Source: Bacillales bacterium
GTDB lineage: Bacteria > Bacillota_I > Bacilli_A > RF39 > UBA660
Reading direction: 5' to 3'
Length of the DNA: 22,453 nucleotides
Assembly: GCA_016290885.1 (NCBI GenBank)
Contig: JAEEVN010000017.1
Coordinates: 1 to 22,453 of the forward strand
Shown: piece by piece, positions 16,926-22,453 of the stretch
Layout of the letters: each line of letters starts with the position of its first letter
How positions within the stretch are numbered: the stretch's first letter is position 1
The notes under the pieces: model-generated
The model's database searches: none
Told to the model about the DNA's origin: nothing
What the model saw: the letters and a program-made list of their open reading frames with translations, nothing else
Position numbers and translations under genes: made by a program

Positions 16926-19900
16926 TAAAATTATTTATAGAAAATCAGGAGATAGAATTGAAAGATAGTGTCCAATTCTTGCTCAATAAACAATTTGAAG
17001 ATATAACAAACCCGACCATCATCATAAATGAGTGGAGCAAAACCGTGGAGATTCCTTCAACTCAGCATAATGATGAGGTGTTTGGACATATTTACTCTCC
17101 GGATAAGATCATCGTAGATGAATCAGTTCCGTCTGTACTTATCAAAACTGAGTCTAATAAACTGACCACTTCCTATTATTCTCCTGTTTCCAGCAGGTAC
17201 AACACCACATTTGATGTGAATGTTAATTATGCTCATATCACAATGACTCCGACTCCGAATGTTGGCAGCGGCAGTTTAACTTAGTTTGCAGTTTACGTGG
17301 GTGAACTTGCATCTAGTGCACCTTATAATCAATTAACACACCAACATCTTTTAGGCTATGTTAGCAGCGGTGTGCAGAGACTGACATTTACAGCAACCGA
17401 ACATAATAACGCCATTAAAATTGCAGCCAGTGGAGGTGCTGACTATTACCCTTCATTTGTTATCGCGAACGGAATAAATCACGATATGTTTACGCCAGGC
17501 GTAGAATACACGTTTATTATTGACTTCACAACTGCGCAGTGGGGAAATGTAAGTAATATAAACCTTGATTTCAATGTGTCACTGGCTGCTAAGGTTTTTG
17601 ACTATAAACATTTCGGTGTTTACTTTGATCCTTATCGTAAGCTGGACTTCCGTCTTGAATGGAACGAATCCACTGTTATGGAAGGTTACGCCAAACTGAA
17701 TGAAATAAAAAGGACTTAGAGCAAGACTGTTTACTCTATGACTCTTAACGGAGTTTTAGGCAAGGTGTTTCAGGAGCTGAAGAAAATAACATTTGATAAG
17801 GCATTATTAAATTCTGAAGATGCGCAATATGTTATTCCAGGCTGGGAATATTATCAAGAGCGTATTAATAGGCAGTTAGTATTAGGCAGTTGGGAAAATA
17901 TACCAAGAAATTATTTAGATATAGCATCTGCTATAGGACATCCTGAATAGTTTGTAGGGTTTTTACCTAATAATGCTTTTTCAGAAGATTTTGATTATAA
18001 ATCTTATATAGGTCCAGATAAAGCAAATCATAAATTTGAAGATGCATTACCTTCTACTTTTGCTCAAAGTACTGGAATACAACCTTCCACTATTATTTCT
18101 GATGGGTTAAAACCAAGAGATATAGGAGAGTTCCGTTCTTATAACCAACTACCATTTTATTGGTGGGATATGTTCTGGCAGATATTTCAAGCAAGAGCTG
18201 AAATAATAACTGGATATACTTGGGATTGTAGTGATAACTGGTTTACTGTTAACAATCCTTATTGGAGAAATTGGATTATTAAAGTAAGGGATTTTCCAGT
18301 AGTACCTTAGGAGGAAAGATAGTCCTTTACAAATATTTATAATGTAAATAATATAACTTGTAGAACTTACCCTTCAATTTTATTTTGGGGAGGTTATTAT
18401 CAAACAACAACAAATAATGATTGGACTAATCCAATATAGTGCTCTTTTTATATGAGAGATGTTAATATTGAAAAACCAGTTTATGCTGTAGGAACAACTG
18501 CTTATAATTCATATTATCAATTTTTAGAAGATTGTGATATTATCAATATACCATCAACTGCATTTTGTCTATCAACAGAATCTAGAGCACCTATTTCTAT
18601 AAGTAATAATATATATTGGAGACATTATAGATTAAAAATAAATTATTAGTTTTTAGATATAGATACAAATACAGTAGTATTAGAACAACCTTTTTATGTT
18701 TATTCAAACGCAGATAAACAAAATCCAGATAATTACTTTGATATTATTATTAATAGTCAAGGTCAAAAAACAAGTTCAATATGGTATTGGACTATAAATA
18801 TTCCTAATTATAAAATAGATAGACAGACTTTAAATTTAACTAGTGATAGGTTTAGAGTTAATATGATTTTATCTTGGGAACCATTAACAGGAGCTAGTGA
18901 AAATCCTTTTATAGTTACTTCAAGTACTTTATATGATTATGCTATGGAAATAAAACTTCCATATTAGATAGATTTAGGTTCTCAACAAAGTGTAAATATT
19001 GAAACATATAAATAGTATCGTAGTTATAGTAAATTTGATTATAATGATTTATGGGATAATGAGCACAGCCCTTTTGAATTTATTTTGAACTATTGTAAGA
19101 TGTTTCGTATTGGTATTAGAGTTGATGATAAACAGAAGAAAGTTATCTTTAAACCTATTCACAAATATTTAAATGAGGGTGACAACTCATTAGACTGGAC
19201 AGATAAGGTTGACTATAGCAAAGATTTTGTTGTTAAACCAATATCTTGGGAAAACAAATATATTAAATTTAATTATGATGGATTTGACACACGTTCAAAC
19301 TCTAAATATAACAAATAGTTTGGTTTTAATTATGGTGAGAAACAAATAATAACAAGCTATAACTTTAATGAGGAAGATAAAAATCTATTTAATAATATAA
19401 AAATAGGAGTTACTTATACTCCTACAGTTGTTTCTTGGAATAATTTATATGATGAAAAAATAATATTTACTATACCAAGTGAAGGTTATTTAGAAAACTT
19501 TGAAGATGAAGGTAATAAGTAGATTTATATGTTTGGGTTGACTGGTTTTGTATCTGAAATAGGTGCTTTTGATGAATCTTCATCATTAAGACAGGTTATA
19601 ATAACAGACGATAGTTTAACAGAAACACAAAATAATGTGTATTGTTTTAATTAGTCTGGAAATTCTTTACAAGCTACTGTTTATCCTTTATATTCAAATT
19701 ATACAGAGTATTATAGTTTACCTATTGTGTTATATTCAACTTTTAATACACCATTAAAAACCTATACAACTGTAAATCCATTACCAGGTAAACAAAGTTA
19801 CGACATATACACATTATTCTGGAAGCGTTACATAGAAGAGCGTTATGACAGGAATAATAAGGTTGTTACTTGTTATATTAATATCACACCGGAGGAGTAT

Positions 19901-20068
19901 CAGAATTTTGAATTTAATAAGTTTGTAAATATAGACAATCAGCTGTACTTTGTCAACCGTATATTTGACTTTAACCTGACAAGTAATGAGCCGACTAAAA
20001 TGGAGCTTATTACTATTCAAAATCCGTCAGCATATAGGACAAACATTTATAATGAAATATTAAATTAA
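16919..20068 (+). CDS. Large tail / host-interaction protein (1049 aa), 12 in-frame TAGs
   Basis: Track ORFs at 16919, 17297, 17738, 18452, 19085 and 19727 are all in frame 2. I read every gap and found only TAG interruptions. The gene ends at TAA (20066-20068). Confidence 0.75.
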
Positions 20069-20070
20069 TT

Positions 20071-21822
20071 ATGGCAGACGCAAATTATACAATTAGTATT
20101 AACAGTGGAGATTCTGTAAAAACTATTTCTTAGTTAGAAAATAAAGTTAATGAATTATCTAATTCTTTAAAAACTTGTGAAATTAATTCTGAAGAGTTCG
20201 CAAAGACATCTAAAGAATTAGATAATTATAAAACACAATTAAATGCCTTAAATTTATCATCTAAAAGTTTAGGTGAAAATATTGCTAAAGCATCGGCTGG
20301 TATAGTAGGGGGATTTTAGGCAGCACAAGGAGCACTTGCTTTATTTGGTGTTGAGTCAGAATCAGTAGCTAAATCTATTGAAAGAATGTAGGCTTTAATG
20401 TCCTTATCACAAGGTATTAAAAGTATAACAGAAGGAGTACAATCATTTAAGACTTTATCCGCTTCTATTAATTTAGGTACTAAAGCTTTAGGTGGTTTTA
20501 AGAAAGGTTTAATAGCAACTGGTTTAGGTGCATTAGTTGTAGTATTAGGTTCAATTATTGCAAACTGGGAGGAATTTACAGAAGCAATAGGTATTAGTGA
20601 AGATCAATTATAGAAATTCAGTCAAGTTCTAGGTGGTGTAACTAACGTAGCGTTAACAGCTGTTAAAAGTATAGCTACATCCTTTGGTAAATTATTTAAA
20701 GGTGATTTCTCTGGCGCGTTAGACTCTATTAAACAAGGTTTTGATATTACAAAATCCTACAACGAAGGTGTTCAAAATAAGATTGTAGAACAGAATGAGG
20801 AAGCAGTAAAAAAATCAGTCGCTGCTTGGGAAGAATATGTAAAAGAACGTAATAAACAACTTGATACAGAAGCTTCTAAAGTAAAGGCTACTATTGATGA
20901 TGAAATTAAACAAAGAGAGGAACTTTTAAAGATTGAGAAAAATCGTCTTAAATTATATAAAGAAGGTAGTAAAGAATATTATGATCAATTATTAAAGGTT
21001 AAATAGCTGAGTAAGACCGATGAAGAGTCTACACCTGAACCTAAACCTATTGTTGATACAAAGTAGATGGAAAAAGATCTGGAAAATATTAAAAATATTT
21101 AGACCAGATTAAAAGAGTCTTCTATGGAAGAGGAAGAACTTGAACTTGAACGTTTAAGAACTAAATATGAATCCGAAAAAGAACTACTTATCCAATATAA
21201 TGAAGACACAACAGCCCTGACAGAGGAGTATGAAAATTCAAAAACTGCTATTCAGGAAAAGTATCAGAAACAAAGAGATAAACTTTAGAAAGATGAGCTT
21301 ACATCTTAGATGAGTGGAGCACTAACCTTAATAAATGGTTTTTCATCTTCACTTAGTAAGATAGCAGATTTAATAGGTGATGAAAGCGAGGAGGCATTTG
21401 AAGCAAGTAAAGCATTCCAAATATCATCAGTTGTTCTGTCTACTATAACAGGTGCAATTCAAGCATATATTGGTGCTGCTACTAACTCAGGTATTAATGC
21501 CATTCCAGTTGTAGGTCCTATTCTAGCACAGGCGTTGGGTGCTACAAATGCTGCTTTAATTGCTGCATCAGGTGCAATTGAAATAGCTAATATTTCAAAG
21601 ACAAAATTTGGTGATAAAAATATTTCATCATCTGTCAGTTCTGCTACTCCTTCTTCTTCTGCTATAAATTCAACTATTGTACCTCCAACTGAATATTCAG
21701 AAGCAATACAAGGAGCAACTTTAGAGTAGAAAGTTGGTGACACCAGAGTTTATGTAACTGAAGGTGATATTAGGTCAACTACATCTAAAGTATAGGTAGC
21801 TGAATCTGAATCAAGATATTAA
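20071..21822 (+). CDS. Tape-measure-like protein (583 aa), about 11 in-frame TAGs
   Basis: Frame 1 is continuous through track ORFs 20398 and 21310. It has coiled-coil segments and G/A-rich hydrophobic blocks (GGF-TAG-AAQGALALFG, GLIATGLGALVVVLGSII, AIQAYIGAATNSGINAIPVVGPILAQALGA). It ends at TAA at 21820-21822. Confidence 0.6.
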
Positions 21823-21836
21823 TTTACACTTTTTTA

Positions 21837-21851
21837 ATTTTATATATTATT
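21837..21851 (+). promoter_or_regulatory. Candidate phage-specific promoter box ATTTTATATATTATT upstream of the protease-like gene
   Basis: Exact copy of 112-126. It is intergenic, 14 nt before the ATG at 21865. Confidence 0.3.
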
Positions 21852-21864
21852 AAAATAAAAAACT

Positions 21865-22434
21865 ATGAGAAGTATTCCAGTTTATAAAGCAATTGTAACA
21901 GACGATGAGGAAGGTATAGCTAAAATGTCTTTAGTTACTACTCCAGCTGTTCAGTCAGATTTTCTTAAATTTGAAAAGTAGGAGTCTATTAAATTATCTT
22001 TTGATGAAGATGAGCATATTGTATTAGGAGTTGCTTTACGATGTGATTTTCCTATTTATAGAAAAACAGATAATCAAGAATTTTATGTGATGTTTGATAA
22101 AGATTCTATTAAAAATATTTATTAGAAATTTATGAAAAATCCAAATAAAGTAAATCTACAGCATTCTAAAGATATAGAAGATATATATCTTATTCAATCT
22201 TTTATAAAAGATACAGAGAAAGGTATATCACCTAAAGGTTTTGAAGATATTGAAGATTATTCTTGGTTTGTAGGATATAAAGTTGACAATTTAGAAGTTT
22301 GGGATAAGATTAAGAAAAATGAACTTAATGGTTTTTCTATAGAAGGTTTATTTACTTTAATAGATACTGATATAGAATTTGAAGAGGATGATTTAGAGAA
22401 TTATGTAAATGAATTAATTAAGGTTTACAAATAA
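21865..22434 (+). CDS. XkdF-like putative prohead protease/maturation protein, 2 TAGs
   Basis: ATG at 21865 is in frame 1 with track ORF 22132..22434. The ending WFVGYKVDNLEVWDKIKKNELNGFSIEG matches the XkdF-like family signature as I recall it. It lies directly upstream of the scaffold and capsid genes across the circular junction. Confidence 0.6.
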
Positions 22435-22453
22435 AAGATTTTATATATTATTT
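22327..22453. repeat. Terminal direct repeat, copy 2 (identical to 1..127)
   Basis: Same comparison as for copy 1. Confidence 0.95.

Noticed and set aside
215-21743. All minus-strand ORFs in the track (215..406, 4378..4674, 4791..5069, 5859..6062, 9858..10064, 10935..11183, 19814..20020, 21459..21743)
   Set aside because: Each lies entirely antisense to a well-supported + strand CDS. Their translations are low-complexity or hydrophobic shadow sequences, and no promoter or terminator context supports them.
1-22453. The fragmented ORFs reflect a decayed, pseudogenised prophage or poor assembly
   Set aside because: Every interruption I read is TAG and the frame is always preserved. There are no TAA or TGA interruptions and no frameshifts, apart from the two specific overlaps flagged as findings. 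A cognate CTA-anticodon tRNA is encoded as well.
1-22453. TGA also reassigned (code 4-like)
   Set aside because: TGA cleanly ends many genes (for example at 3570, 4097, 7503, 9015, 12128, 12381, 13013, 13299, 15030, 15742 and 16923), often at ATGA coupling junctions. No gene needs TGA read-through for continuity.

Overview
The window is a complete tailed-phage genome of about 22.3 kb. Positions 1-127 are identical to 22327-22453, so the unit length is 22326 bp and the contig is circular or terminally redundant. Every credible gene is on the + strand. The DNA is very AT-rich, most start codons follow A/T tracts rather than GGAGG-like sites, and two near-duplicate promoter cassettes carry the Bacteroidota-type TAnnTTTG box, so a Bacteroidota host is likely (inference). 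The main result is that TAG (amber) is used as a sense codon. By manual reading, about 70 in-frame TAGs interrupt otherwise continuous genes: large terminase, portal, tape measure, a 1049-aa tail protein, endolysin, sigma-like proteins and others. No gene is interrupted by TAA or TGA, and those two codons end every gene. The phage encodes its own amber suppressor tRNA (anticodon CTA, 8781-8867) behind a host-type promoter. TAGs fall where homologous protein families usually have Gln. The tRNA is odd, though: its acceptor stem and D-arm look Gln-like, but it has a 20-nt class-II-like variable arm. TAG use is very uneven. The SF2 helicase, capsid protein, small terminase and holin have none, while TerL, the tape measure and the big tail protein each have 11-12. 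Other features include a lysis cassette, a sigma-like factor split over two overlapping frames, and a dual-frame region with T9 and G_AAA_AAG slippery sites followed by TAG. There are also higher-GC, TAG-free BspA-like LRR receptor-binding modules, and a roughly 500-bp non-coding region with two imperfect ~80-nt direct repeats. The six-frame track fragments most genes because it treats TAG as a stop, so the coordinates below are my re-joined readings.
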